Origin: Prevotella sp.
Lineage (GTDB): Bacteria; Bacteroidota; Bacteroidia; Bacteroidales; Dysgonomonadaceae
Length of the DNA stretch: 35,795 bases
Direction: 5' to 3'
Assembly: GCA_031285625.1 (NCBI GenBank)
Contig: JAITVV010000059.1
Location: forward strand, 1-35,795
In this document: positions 11,001 through 20,648 of the stretch, in pieces
Layout of the letters: each line of letters begins with the position of its first letter
How positions within the stretch are numbered: the first letter of the stretch is position 1
Notes under the pieces: generated by a model
Databases searched by the model: none
Seen by the model: the letters and a program-made list of their open reading frames with translations, nothing else
Told to the model about the DNA's origin: nothing
Made by a program: the position numbers and the translations under genes

Positions 11001-11169
11001 TAGCAATTTTCGATTCCTGTCCTTTTACTGCGACGGTAACACCGATCAACCCTTCATTCAGGGCCTGATCTATCACTTTTCCTGTTACTGTTATGTTATT
11101 TTGTGCATATACAGATAACTGTACTACGCCAATAAGCATAACAATAATCCAACATTTCATTTTTCGCAT
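8017..11169 (-). CDS. SusC/RagA TonB-dependent transporter
   Basis: LEEVVVVGYGTQKK, PLYVIDG, IESITVLKDASAAIYG..AANGVVLVTTK, RYDGS, C-terminal FGFNLNF. Confidence 0.95.
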   Translation of the reverse strand: MRKMKCWIIVMLIGVVQLSVYAQNNITVTGKVIDQALNEGLIGVTVAVKGQESKIATMTDVDGAFTLRVNSENDVLVFTFIGYKQESVTVGTKRDFLISMQENTLDLEEVVVVGYGTQKKGSLSGAISAIRADELTRTTSTTTAGALVGKVPGISARQTDGRPGSSATIQIRNMGTPLYVIDGIQSEEGQFNNIDVNDIESITVLKDASAAIYGLKAANGVVLVTTKTGKRGEKNQINANFYYGIQNFMRYPEVANASEFYEGRMQADLNHWGSTNRTMDELNLWKQGQGDYKSMDWQKFIVNENAPIFYGNVSASGGSDKINYYFALAHTNQEAMINGFNFERTNIQSNVEANITKDLKVGTRISGRIEERHNVGVPGLDDYWQPYYAMFQNWPTQQAYANGNPNYVNNTRNNATGAAIFDKNQTGYTDDVWKVASANIFAEYTTPLPGLKARVSYNYWIARNDQEQFEYTYKVYDYDKATDSYLESWGNQNPWRRRVKEEKVEQTFQAQLNYDNTFNEKHHFSGVLGVETFERNRDYLLYNTNPTNNYIPLTNNYTDLTGIETIMAESARAGFIFRGAYDYASKYFVEFSGRYDGSYLFRPGHRWGFFPAVSGAWRLSEEPFMAGLNDKISLSNLKLRASWGQMGDDQVLNTDNVLEDIVPAFSYLNGYTYGGTDAGNAVLNGTTTTGIMYRGQPITTLSWIKSTLVNIGLDFGFLQNRLNGTFDIFQRKRTGLPASRYDVLVPVEVGYDLPQENLKSDYHQGVEFSLNWNDQVEDFGYSLGFNTTIARKKDGDSYKPRFGSSWNEYRNSTENRWANINWGYQVVGRFKDYEEIQNYKIDNDGQGNATMLPGDLIYKDVNKDGVINALDERPIGYGAGQLPYVNFGLMTSFEWKGFDLKADFAAATAQTYHMSWEVAYPFQGDGNSTRYLLTDAWHRADPTDANSDWIAGYFPATRYAGDNVSFNRYSDFWVHNTYYIKLRTLELGYTLPKKVTSKFYVNRLRFYVNAYNLFSIDNLSKYQLDPEISSNSALVTPNLRTISFGFNLNF

Positions 11170-11209
11170 AAGTCTAGATTTATAATTAATTTAACAATTA
11201 GGTTTAAGG

Positions 11210-12691
11210 TTATTTTATTTTCTTTCCCCATAGGGAATATCCCTCAGAAGTAAGTCCTGTGAAAAGGATTGTTTGTGTTTGATTTTCCCAGTCTTGTCCC
11301 ATAAATAAATGTAAGTTTTGTGTTGATCCTGCAGCATCGATAGTGAGTGTATTACTCTCAAATGCCCAGCTACCTTGTAAGTCACCAGATAATGAAAGAT
11401 CATTATTCAATGTTATCAGACTTGATTTATTCACTTCATTTTCCCGTAATTTATTTTCGCCCCATAATATTTGGCCAGCTTCCAAACCCCGATCAGGTAC
11501 ATCGCCTTTAATCTCAATAATTTCCCAACTACCTGCAACATCATTTTGATTTATCTCCTTTTGAGCAGTATTAGCATATCGCTCCGGGGAAACTACAGGC
11601 CAGCCATCCTTTGTCCAGAACATTTCCCGAACATGTAAATCCATCATATGATTATCAGGCTGAAGACGAGCCTGATGTGCCATAAAGGACTGACCTTTCT
11701 GATTTTTGAACACACAGCAATGCGCCGTTCCTGACCATCCGGGATGATTCTCGAACTGGTATGGATAGGTAAGGATAGGATAATTATCAGTCTCATCCCG
11801 CATGTCTTTTCCAAAATAATCGAGAAATGGCCCTTCCGGCTTGTCGGAACGACCTACCCGTACATTGTAAGTAGTCATCAGTGGATCGTATGATACAAAC
11901 AGATAATAGTTTTTCAGTTCCGGATTATAAATAATTTCAGGAGCCTCAATATTATTTTTCTTTCCATCATATCGACGGGCAATCAGATGCCCCTTATCTC
12001 CCTGTTTCAGAGCCAGTCCTGTTTCCGGATTTAATTGAACACAATGCAATCCGCCAAAGTATGATCCGTAATGCATCCATTGTTCTCCATTATCAGGATT
12101 GGTGACAATACTAGGATCGATTGCATTCATTATATCGCCTGTTTTAGTTTTTACCACACAACCCTTGAGTTCCCAAGGTCCATCTGGTGAAGATGCCTCT
12201 GCCAGACCAATGTATGATACTTGTTTTGCGAAAGCGGAAACACTATAATACAAACGATACTTACCTTTATATTCAGTAATATAGGGTGCCCAGATATTAG
12301 TTGCTCCTTTACTCTCATTATTATCCTGTACCCACTTTCTGGCCTCAGCAGGGATCTCTTTAAAAGCCCACCCTGCAAATTCCCAATTGACTAAATCTTT
12401 AGATTTACGTACTTGTATATATCCAAATGGAAGACTATCATTCTTGATGTCTAAACTATCTTCTTTATAGATTGCATCTGTAGAATACATATAATATGTA
12501 TCTCCTATTAGCAGGCAAGACGGATCATGTACATTATACGTTCCCCATTGCTTATAATCCTTCATAGCAGACACAACAGTATAGTCATCCATCCATGGAT
12601 TTTCAGCGTATTTTGGCTCAAAGGATTTCTGAGAACAAGAGAAAAGAACAGCCGTCCACCCTAAAATCAGGGTGTAAAATATAGTTTTCAT
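11210..12691 (-). CDS. GH43 endo-1,5-alpha-L-arabinanase with C-terminal beta domain, lipoprotein
   Basis: ATG 12691 (MKTIF), LFSC lipobox; NVHDPS, IWAP, NAIDPS, YGSYFGG, IEAPEI, WPVVSPERYA, DWEN motifs. Confidence 0.88.
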   Translation of the reverse strand: MKTIFYTLILGWTAVLFSCSQKSFEPKYAENPWMDDYTVVSAMKDYKQWGTYNVHDPSCLLIGDTYYMYSTDAIYKEDSLDIKNDSLPFGYIQVRKSKDLVNWEFAGWAFKEIPAEARKWVQDNNESKGATNIWAPYITEYKGKYRLYYSVSAFAKQVSYIGLAEASSPDGPWELKGCVVKTKTGDIMNAIDPSIVTNPDNGEQWMHYGSYFGGLHCVQLNPETGLALKQGDKGHLIARRYDGKKNNIEAPEIIYNPELKNYYLFVSYDPLMTTYNVRVGRSDKPEGPFLDYFGKDMRDETDNYPILTYPYQFENHPGWSGTAHCCVFKNQKGQSFMAHQARLQPDNHMMDLHVREMFWTKDGWPVVSPERYANTAQKEINQNDVAGSWEIIEIKGDVPDRGLEAGQILWGENKLRENEVNKSSLITLNNDLSLSGDLQGSWAFESNTLTIDAAGSTQNLHLFMGQDWENQTQTILFTGLTSEGYSLWGKKIK

Positions 12692-12723
12692 AATTATCAC
12701 AAATTGCGTGTTCTTCTTATATT

Positions 12724-14268
12724 TTAATTTAATTCAATAGTTACTAAAGATTTAGCCGGAATTTTCACAATCGCCACTCCGTTTTTAAGAGTAACATCTT
12801 TGAAATCTTTAAGAACTACCTGATTTGGATTCTCAAACGTATTGTGTGAATCTGTTCTTGGCGCTGTTAATAGATTTCCGGAAACAAAGCGGCCATTTCT
12901 TAAATCTTTAATATTACAATTTACTTCAATAGATTGATTAGGATCGATATTCACAAATGATATATGTATTTTTCCATTACTGTCTTTAGAAGCGGAAGCC
13001 GATACGGATTTGAGTTCTTTACCCAAACGGCTGTAAACAGGACTTGTTATATCTATCGGCAACATTGTGGCATCCTGATGAACCTTATACATATCAAATA
13101 CATGATAAGTCGGAGTCAATATCATTTTATCCCCTTCAGTTAAGAATAATGCTTGTAGCACATTTACGAGTTGAGCGATATTGGCTATCCTAACCCTATC
13201 ACAATGTTTGTGGAAGATATTGAGAATACTACCGGCTAGCAAGGCATCTCTCAATGTATTTTGCTGAAATAAGAATCCAGGATTTGTCCCCGGCTCTACA
13301 TTATACCATGCTCCCCACTCATCAACGATCATCGCTATCTTTTTTTCAGTATCGTATTTATCCATAATAGCAGCATGCTTGGTAACAATCTCATCCATTC
13401 TCATACCATGTTCCAACAGGGAGAAGTATTCATCTTCGTTGAATCCAAGTGCGTTTCCTTTGTTTTCCCAACTATATGTAAAAGAATAATTATGTACTGA
13501 AACGCCTTTCATCATATGATGCGGTATATTTTTCATCATTATCTCCATCCAATGATAATCGTCAACATTAGGTCCTCCAGCTATTTTGTATAATCTGTTC
13601 TCACCATAATTGCGACAGTATGTTGCATAACGACGGTAATTTTCGGCATAACCTTCGGCAGTCATATTACCTCCACATCCCCAGTTTTCGTTACCTACTC
13701 CCCACAGGCTTACTTTCCATGGCTTTTCACGACCATTTTCCTTACGAAGTTTTGACATTGGACTTTCACCATCAAAAGTGATATATTCCACCCATTTCGA
13801 CATTTCTTCAACAGTGCCGCTACCCATATTACCACAGATATATGCTTCAGTTTCCAAAGCTTCGCACAAATTCAAGAATTCATGTGTACCAAAGCTATTG
13901 TCCTCAACAACCCCACCCCAATGGGTATTTACCATTTTAGGACGATTGGCTCTTGGTCCGATACCATCCATCCAATGATATTCGTCGGCAAAACATCCTC
14001 CGGGCCAACGCAAGTTTGGTATTTTAATATATTTTAATGCATCTATTATATCTTTTCGTACGCCATTAATATTTGGAATTGCAGAGTTTTCCCCTACCCA
14101 AAGTCCATCATAGATGCAACGTCCAAGATGTTCGGAGAAATGTCCGTAAATGTGCTTGTCAATCTTATATTTTCCCTGATCTGTATTTACTACAATTTCC
14201 GCCTTCTGTTGTGAGAAGGCCGTTATAGATACAAATAGTAATAAATAAATCAATAAATTCTTTTTCAT
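12724..14268 (-). CDS. GH51 alpha-L-arabinofuranosidase, secreted
   Basis: Signal peptide; [54 protein letters not shown]. Confidence 0.93.
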   Translation of the reverse strand: MKKNLLIYLLLFVSITAFSQQKAEIVVNTDQGKYKIDKHIYGHFSEHLGRCIYDGLWVGENSAIPNINGVRKDIIDALKYIKIPNLRWPGGCFADEYHWMDGIGPRANRPKMVNTHWGGVVEDNSFGTHEFLNLCEALETEAYICGNMGSGTVEEMSKWVEYITFDGESPMSKLRKENGREKPWKVSLWGVGNENWGCGGNMTAEGYAENYRRYATYCRNYGENRLYKIAGGPNVDDYHWMEIMMKNIPHHMMKGVSVHNYSFTYSWENKGNALGFNEDEYFSLLEHGMRMDEIVTKHAAIMDKYDTEKKIAMIVDEWGAWYNVEPGTNPGFLFQQNTLRDALLAGSILNIFHKHCDRVRIANIAQLVNVLQALFLTEGDKMILTPTYHVFDMYKVHQDATMLPIDITSPVYSRLGKELKSVSASASKDSNGKIHISFVNIDPNQSIEVNCNIKDLRNGRFVSGNLLTAPRTDSHNTFENPNQVVLKDFKDVTLKNGVAIVKIPAKSLVTIELN

Positions 14269-14299
14269 GGTGTTTTTATTTAGTGCTTAATAATTTATT

Positions 14300-15268
14300 T
14301 TATTGTGGACGAATACCTTCTGTTGTCATTTGTATTTTTTTTATTGTTCCATCTTCGTTATAATGGAGGCGGTCAATGCATGTAGATCGCCGATAACTAC
14401 CACCATCAACAGGCAAGCTACCATTGTGATATATAAAATACCAATTTCCTTTAAACTCAATAATTGCCTGATGATTGGTATTAGAATTTCCTGCTATTTC
14501 GTTTAACAGTCCTTTATATTCCCACGGCCCGTTTATACTCCGGCTCATCGAATAGCCTATTTTTTCGGGAAAGAATTGTGCATAAGATAAATAATACCAG
14601 TCATTGTATTTGTGAATCCACGGTGCCTCTGTAAAGTTGGGTAAATCAACAGGCATTATGGGACCATCCAATTCAATCATGTTTTCTTTTAACTTTGCAT
14701 AATAACATTGTGTATTTCCCCAGAACAGATATGCCTGACCATCATCGTCAATCCAAACAGTAGGATCAATATCATCCCATGTGATCTTCGTATATTCTGT
14801 AGTCATATCGTTTGTTACTAAAGCTGACCCTCTGGCATCTCTAAATGGCCCAAGTGGATTATCTGCAACAGCCACACCGATTGACTTACCTTGAATTGTA
14901 CCATGTTCGACTGTTACATACCAATAAAATTTACCATCACGTTCGATAACCTGTGAAGCCCATGCTTCTCCTTTAGCCCATTTAAAATCACTTGGACGAA
15001 GCGGTATTGAGTGTTCTGTCCAATTAACCAGATCGGAAGAAGAGAATACCAGCCATTCATTTATTACATAATGATTGTGAGGAGGAGGACACTCATCATG
15101 CCCTGCATATAAATACACCTTATCATTATATACTAGTGCAGCAGGGTCAGCTGTATATTTATATTTTACAATAGGATTACCATCGGCTACAAAAGTTGTA
15201 TCCCGAATAGCACCATATATATTAGATATAGAAAAAATTAAAAGAAATAATAGTTTAAAAGTTTTCAT
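14300..15268 (-). CDS. GH43 alpha-L-arabinofuranosidase/beta-xylosidase-type enzyme, secreted
   Basis: Start reassigned to MKTFKLL (ATG 15268, signal peptide); TADPA, AWASQ, DIDP, EAPW, TNHQ catalytic motifs. Confidence 0.88.
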   Translation of the reverse strand: MKTFKLLFLLIFSISNIYGAIRDTTFVADGNPIVKYKYTADPAALVYNDKVYLYAGHDECPPPHNHYVINEWLVFSSSDLVNWTEHSIPLRPSDFKWAKGEAWASQVIERDGKFYWYVTVEHGTIQGKSIGVAVADNPLGPFRDARGSALVTNDMTTEYTKITWDDIDPTVWIDDDGQAYLFWGNTQCYYAKLKENMIELDGPIMPVDLPNFTEAPWIHKYNDWYYLSYAQFFPEKIGYSMSRSINGPWEYKGLLNEIAGNSNTNHQAIIEFKGNWYFIYHNGSLPVDGGSYRRSTCIDRLHYNEDGTIKKIQMTTEGIRPQ

Positions 15269-15330
15269 GTTAGCAGATTTATGTATTAAACTTATTTTAT
15301 AGAATTTTAGATTTCGGTCGTATCTTGATA

Positions 15331-15338
15331 CAAATATA
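15331..15338 (-). promoter_or_regulatory. Bacteroidetes sigma-A -7 element for the PUL operon
   Basis: TATATTTG on - strand matches TAnnTTTG, about 60 bp upstream of the GH43 start. Confidence 0.65.
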
Positions 15339-15359
15339 TATACGTAAGTAGAATACAAT

Positions 15360-15388
15360 GGTGGACATTTAGACATTTTAGGTGGACA
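15360..15388. promoter_or_regulatory. Candidate HTCS activator site (direct repeat, 21-bp period)
   Basis: GGTGGACA at 15360 and 15381 (TGTCCACC-N13-TGTCCACC on - strand), just upstream of the -7 box. Confidence 0.65.
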
Positions 15389-15398
15389 AAAGTATTTT

Positions 15399-15417
15399 AA
15401 GTGTAAAAAATACATTT
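15399..15417. promoter_or_regulatory. Candidate AraR-type palindrome between PUL and HTCS
   Basis: AAGTGT-AAAAAAT-ACATTT (GTGT-N7-ACA). Confidence 0.5.
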
Positions 15418-15460
15418 TTTAGATAATATTATTAACTTTACTACACCAAAATCTATAAAC

Positions 15461-18400
15461 ATGAGAAACTCACTGATAATAAGTCTTCTTATATTGCTTT
15501 CATATATTCAGCCGATACTATCGCAAAATGATATTTCTTCAAAGTATATCTTTAGTACGATTTCGATAGATGATGGGCTTCCCATTAATTTTGTAGATGA
15601 TATCTATAAAGACAGCCGTGGTTTTATTTGGATTTCGACACAGGGGGGAGGCCTCGTACGATATGATGGATACGAATTTGTACCTTTAAATGTAAACAGT
15701 TATCCTATCTCTCTAAAAAGTAATTTTATAAGAAAAGTATGTGAAGATAATTATAACAGGCTATGGATTGCCTCTAATAATGGTATCGATATAGTAAGCC
15801 TGTCTATAATGATGAAAAGTGAAGTTTTCGATAAAGATAATCTGTTTGGAGAACTATCGAAAATATCGGCCAGTACAATCATTAAAGATTCAAAAGGTTC
15901 TATTTGGATTCTTGCAACAAATAAAATATATAGACTAGATTTTGACGAAAAGGGAAATATACAGCAAATTTATGCAACAAATTCACTAGTGGCACCTTCA
16001 ATTTTTTCTACAATTAAAGAAATCGACAGTGAAATCTGGGTCGGACATGATGGTTCGATTTGTAAAGTAGTAGCAAATGAAACAAAATTATTATTACATC
16101 CTATAGCAGATATACCCAGTCAGGGAACAAATGTATTCATATCATCTATTCTTAAAAAAGGAGACATAATATGGATAGGTACTGAATATGGGCTTCTCAA
16201 ATATAATTCGGAAAATAAAAATGAAACATTCTATACTCATAATCCTGCAGACAGATCATCTATATCTCAAAACATGGTGACCGACCTCAGCCTCACAAAT
16301 GATGGAGTATTGATAGCTGCTACTCTTAGAGGGTTAAACTTCTATGACCCTGTATCTGATAAATTCGAACGCTTATCTCATTGCAGTGATGAAAATACAT
16401 TAAATAATGATTTCATCAACTGCATATTACCTGATGGTAACAGCCTCTGGGTAGGTACCGAAGCCGGAGGTATTAATAAAATGACTTTGCGAAAATTGGC
16501 AGTTCAAAATTATATTCATAACCCTTATAATAAGAATAGCATATCCCCTAATCCAGTGAATGCTATATATGAAGACCGGAAAGGAAATCTATGGGTAGGA
16601 ACTGTTGAAGGAGGATTAAACTTAAAACGTAAAGATGAAAAAAATTTCAATCATTACCAATCAGGAAGGGGTTTACTCAGCCATAATTCAGTCAGTGCAC
16701 TGGAAGAAGATAATGATGGTAATTTGTGGATCGGAACCTGGGGAGGAGGTATAGATATTCTCAACTTAAACAAGCTACCACAAATTGCATTAAAAAAAAT
16801 ATCTTCTGATCAATACTACATCGGATTACTAAAATATGATTCACTCAATAATGGTATGTGGATTGGTACAAATAGAAATATCTTTTATTATGATATAAAA
16901 ACAGGAAGTATTAAAGAACCATTGCCAAAAGATGTGACAATGAACCTCATGGGAACACTCGGGTGCATCATCAATAATAAAAATGAATTATGGATTGGGA
17001 GTTCGAATGGATTAATAATTGCTGATCTAAACTCTTTTGATCAGACAAACTATAGATGCAACGCTAAATTCCTCAAACTTGACGAGCAAGAAAAGAGCCA
17101 ATTATTCTTAAAAAATATAACATGCTTGTATCAGGCAAAAGACCAGTCAATATGGATCAGCAGCAATGGATATGGAATCTGTCAGCTCACATCTGAAGAT
17201 AACAGATACTTCTACAAGCTATATACAACAACACAAGGCCTCGCAAATAATACAGTTTTTGGTATCCTGGAAGATGAAGAAGGTATGATATGGGCTACTA
17301 CCTGCCGGGGAATATCCAGCTATAACCCTTCTACAAATCGTTTTGTAAATTATACAAAAAATGATGGTCTGATCAACGACCAATTTTACTGGAATGCCAG
17401 CTATAAGTCTCCAGTCAATAAAAACCTTTACTTTGGCAGTATGGGAGGGCTTACCGAATTAAAAGGCAATAACCAATACACCACATCGGAGCAGAAGAAA
17501 GTCGTATTCACCAAACTCGGTATTTTAAATGAGACTGTATGGTGCAATGAAAATAACCATATAAAGAAAGATATTGCTTATGCCGATCGCATAAACCTGC
17601 ATGAAAAAGATAAATCTTTCTCCCTTGAATTCTCTGCTTTGGATTACGACAATCCATCCACAGTTGTATATTCTTACAGATTGTTGGGTTTCGATGACAA
17701 ATGGGTTGATATAGACGCTAACAGGCGTTTTATAAATTATACGAATCTTCGTCCGGGAATCTATCACCTACAGGTAAGATGTATGTCTAAAGCCTATGAC
17801 TGGTCTGATGATATTACAGAACTGGAAATAGAGGTCCATCCATTCTTCTATAAGACAAACTGGTTTATCGGATTATGCACCCTATTATTAATTATATTAA
17901 CTATATTCTTCTACAAATGGAGAATTAATTCTCTGAAAAAGCAGCGAACAATACTTCATAAAAAAGTAGACGAAAGAACGAAAGAGCTTGAAAATCAGAA
18001 AAAGCTGTTGGAAGAACAAGCCATAGAATTAAAATTACAAAATAATATACTGTTTACCCAGAACGAAAAAATATCAATACAGAGAAAGCAATTGATAGAT
18101 ATGTCTGAAAAAGTACAGGAAGCAATGACAGACAGGATTTCTTTTTTCACAAGTATAACTCATGAATTCCGGACACCTATTACCCTGATTGTCGGACCTA
18201 TCGAACGGGCATTGAAACTAAGTACCAATCCTAAAGTAATAGAACAATTACAATATGTAGCCCGAAATTCGAAACATTTATTATCACTGGTCAATCAATT
18301 AATGGATTTTAGAAAAGTAGAATCCGATAATATGAAAATTATTCCTGTAACAGGAAATTTACTCAGTTATTTGGATGAAATATTAATTCCTTTTGAAAAC

Positions 18401-19693
18401 TTTGCTCATGAAAGAAATATTGAGATAAGAAAACTATATAGATTAAAAGATCCATTTATCATGTTTGACGAAGAAGCTATTCGAAAACTGATAACCAATC
18501 TCTTTTCTAATGCCATAAAGTTTACTCCTGATCATGGAATAGTATCATTATATGTGAGCTCTTTTTTTAACACCAAAACGAAAAAAGAAAAATTATATAT
18601 CTGTGTACAGGATTCCGGTATTGGTATCAAAGAGGATGATCTCAACCGGGTATTCAATCGCTTTTATCAATCGAAAGGGCACGATAAATTCCCTGTTTAC
18701 GGACAAAGTGGAACCGGCATTGGCTTATATGTATGCAAAAATATAGTCAACTTATCAGAAGGCGATATATATGCGAAGAATAATCATACAGAAGGTACTT
18801 CATTTAGAATTATCATGCCTATAAAACGGGAGACAACCCAAAAGGTATTGCCAATAAAAAAAGAAATAGAAAAATTAAACACCATCTCAGAAAGTCCTAA
18901 TAATGAAATTCTACTTGCAAAAGGCAAACAAAAACTAACCATACTGGTAGTTGAAGACAATGTTGATATGCGAAAATATATCTGCTCTATTTTATCCGAT
19001 TATTATAAAATAGTAGAAGCTGAAAACGGAGTAGAAGCTCTTGATATATTAAAAAACCGCACAATTGACTTTATTATAAGTGACCTGATGATGCCTGTAA
19101 TGGATGGATTAGAATTATCTCAAAGGATAAAAGCTGATGTATCCATATCCCATATTCCTTTTTTAATGTTAACAGCCAAAACCTCACTGGAAACGCAAAT
19201 CAGCAGTTACAAAATCGGTGTGGATGAGTTTCTGGCAAAACCATTTGATGAAGAGTTATTATTAACCCGTATTAATAACATATTTGAATCAAGAAAAATA
19301 TATCAACGCAAGTTTAGCCTGAATATGGATGTGGAAAATCTAAATATAGAAAAAGAGTCAAATGATGAGAAATTCCTGAAAAAGGCTATATCAATAATAA
19401 AAGAAAACTATAAAAATACAGATTATGACGTGAGTGATTTCATTGAGTCAATGGGAGTAAGTAAAAGTCTGCTTAACAACAAAATGCAAATGCTCACAGG
19501 ACAATCTGCAGGAAACTTTATCCGAAACTATCGCTTGAGTATAGCTCATGAACTTATATTAAAGAGTCACGGAAATATGAATATATCGGAAATAGCGTAC
19601 GAGGTCGGATTTAACGACCCTAAATACTTTACCAGATGCTTTACAAAACATTATGGTGTAGCACCAAGCATGGTAAATAAAAATGGAAAATAG
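15461..19693 (+). CDS. Hybrid two-component system sensor-regulator
   Basis: Reg_prop beta-propeller repeats, Y_Y_Y domain, TM helix, HisKA (THEFRTP), HATPase (GTGIGL), REC (DLMMP), AraC HTH (AYEVGFNDPKYF). Confidence 0.95.
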   Translation: MRNSLIISLLILLSYIQPILSQNDISSKYIFSTISIDDGLPINFVDDIYKDSRGFIWISTQGGGLVRYDGYEFVPLNVNSYPISLKSNFIRKVCEDNYNRLWIASNNGIDIVSLSIMMKSEVFDKDNLFGELSKISASTIIKDSKGSIWILATNKIYRLDFDEKGNIQQIYATNSLVAPSIFSTIKEIDSEIWVGHDGSICKVVANETKLLLHPIADIPSQGTNVFISSILKKGDIIWIGTEYGLLKYNSENKNETFYTHNPADRSSISQNMVTDLSLTNDGVLIAATLRGLNFYDPVSDKFERLSHCSDENTLNNDFINCILPDGNSLWVGTEAGGINKMTLRKLAVQNYIHNPYNKNSISPNPVNAIYEDRKGNLWVGTVEGGLNLKRKDEKNFNHYQSGRGLLSHNSVSALEEDNDGNLWIGTWGGGIDILNLNKLPQIALKKISSDQYYIGLLKYDSLNNGMWIGTNRNIFYYDIKTGSIKEPLPKDVTMNLMGTLGCIINNKNELWIGSSNGLIIADLNSFDQTNYRCNAKFLKLDEQEKSQLFLKNITCLYQAKDQSIWISSNGYGICQLTSEDNRYFYKLYTTTQGLANNTVFGILEDEEGMIWATTCRGISSYNPSTNRFVNYTKNDGLINDQFYWNASYKSPVNKNLYFGSMGGLTELKGNNQYTTSEQKKVVFTKLGILNETVWCNENNHIKKDIAYADRINLHEKDKSFSLEFSALDYDNPSTVVYSYRLLGFDDKWVDIDANRRFINYTNLRPGIYHLQVRCMSKAYDWSDDITELEIEVHPFFYKTNWFIGLCTLLLIILTIFFYKWRINSLKKQRTILHKKVDERTKELENQKKLLEEQAIELKLQNNILFTQNEKISIQRKQLIDMSEKVQEAMTDRISFFTSITHEFRTPITLIVGPIERALKLSTNPKVIEQLQYVARNSKHLLSLVNQLMDFRKVESDNMKIIPVTGNLLSYLDEILIPFENFAHERNIEIRKLYRLKDPFIMFDEEAIRKLITNLFSNAIKFTPDHGIVSLYVSSFFNTKTKKEKLYICVQDSGIGIKEDDLNRVFNRFYQSKGHDKFPVYGQSGTGIGLYVCKNIVNLSEGDIYAKNNHTEGTSFRIIMPIKRETTQKVLPIKKEIEKLNTISESPNNEILLAKGKQKLTILVVEDNVDMRKYICSILSDYYKIVEAENGVEALDILKNRTIDFIISDLMMPVMDGLELSQRIKADVSISHIPFLMLTAKTSLETQISSYKIGVDEFLAKPFDEELLLTRINNIFESRKIYQRKFSLNMDVENLNIEKESNDEKFLKKAISIIKENYKNTDYDVSDFIESMGVSKSLLNNKMQMLTGQSAGNFIRNYRLSIAHELILKSHGNMNISEIAYEVGFNDPKYFTRCFTKHYGVAPSMVNKNGK

Positions 19694-19699
19694 ATATTA

Positions 19700-20632
19700 T
19701 TAATCTCCAATCCTCGATACTAATACAAAGGTATTTTCATTCATTAAAGAAAAACCAGGTATGGCTAATGTACCATTATAGTTACAGTTTACACCAGATT
19801 GTCCGGCTCCTAGTCTTAATCCCCAGGATGTATTATCACTCTCTATTCTTACTACATAGCTGATAGCTCCACCATGGTGCCCTTCTCTTCCGGGGTTATG
19901 GTATGCTACATTGTGTATCCTTGCCCTATCAGTTGTTATTCCATTTTTTTCCAAAGGAAAATCTACAAAATAAGATGATGCAGTACAGGCATCCCTTGGA
20001 ATCGACGGATTTGGATATGCATTTACAGACGGAATAAACTGATAAGCAAATGTTATGCTATAAACACCTTTTTTGAAATACAGATGGTAATACGCTGGAG
20101 ATTGAAAAACAAGCCTCACATCCCCATTAGTTTCATTATCAGTTTCCTTAAAGCTCAACCACCTTCTATCTCCCAAATTTGCATCCTTCATCACATCAAA
20201 CATTCCCATTACAGGATTAGCAGGATCGCTGTTATCTATTTTATCCTGGCCATTCAAATGAAAAACAGCAGATCTGGGAATACCTAAACCTTTTAACAGA
20301 TCGTTTATTTCAGCTTCAAGCACGTCTTCATAAACAAACTCTATCCATTTGCTGCCAGACCAAAAATAAAATTTCTCTTTCTCAACTTTATCATCGCCAG
20401 TTCCATTATCACCAATATTAAATACTAGAAGTCCTTTGGCTGGAGACACAATTGGGTTGGGACTGGAGACACCTTGCAATTGTATCCTCGGTCCCAAAAA
20501 ACCCAATTTTTCACTTTTTAATTCCAACACAGCACCCTTGTGTGGAGGATCACTGCTACCCATTGTCACCTGTGCAGATAAATTTAGGGAGAGTATTATT
20601 GTTATAATAAAAAAGATCAACTTATTTTTCAT
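19700..20632 (-). CDS. Secreted hypothetical protein, paralog 3 of tandem triplet
   Basis: Signal peptide; QVTMGS..PH..AVLEL.S..LGFLGP N-terminal motif; C-terminal domain shared with neighbours, ends IGD. Confidence 0.8.
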   Translation of the reverse strand: MKNKLIFFIITIILSLNLSAQVTMGSSDPPHKGAVLELKSEKLGFLGPRIQLQGVSSPNPIVSPAKGLLVFNIGDNGTGDDKVEKEKFYFWSGSKWIEFVYEDVLEAEINDLLKGLGIPRSAVFHLNGQDKIDNSDPANPVMGMFDVMKDANLGDRRWLSFKETDNETNGDVRLVFQSPAYYHLYFKKGVYSITFAYQFIPSVNAYPNPSIPRDACTASSYFVDFPLEKNGITTDRARIHNVAYHNPGREGHHGGAISYVVRIESDNTSWGLRLGAGQSGVNCNYNGTLAIPGFSLMNENTFVLVSRIGD

Positions 20633-20648
20633 ATTTTCAACTTATTTA

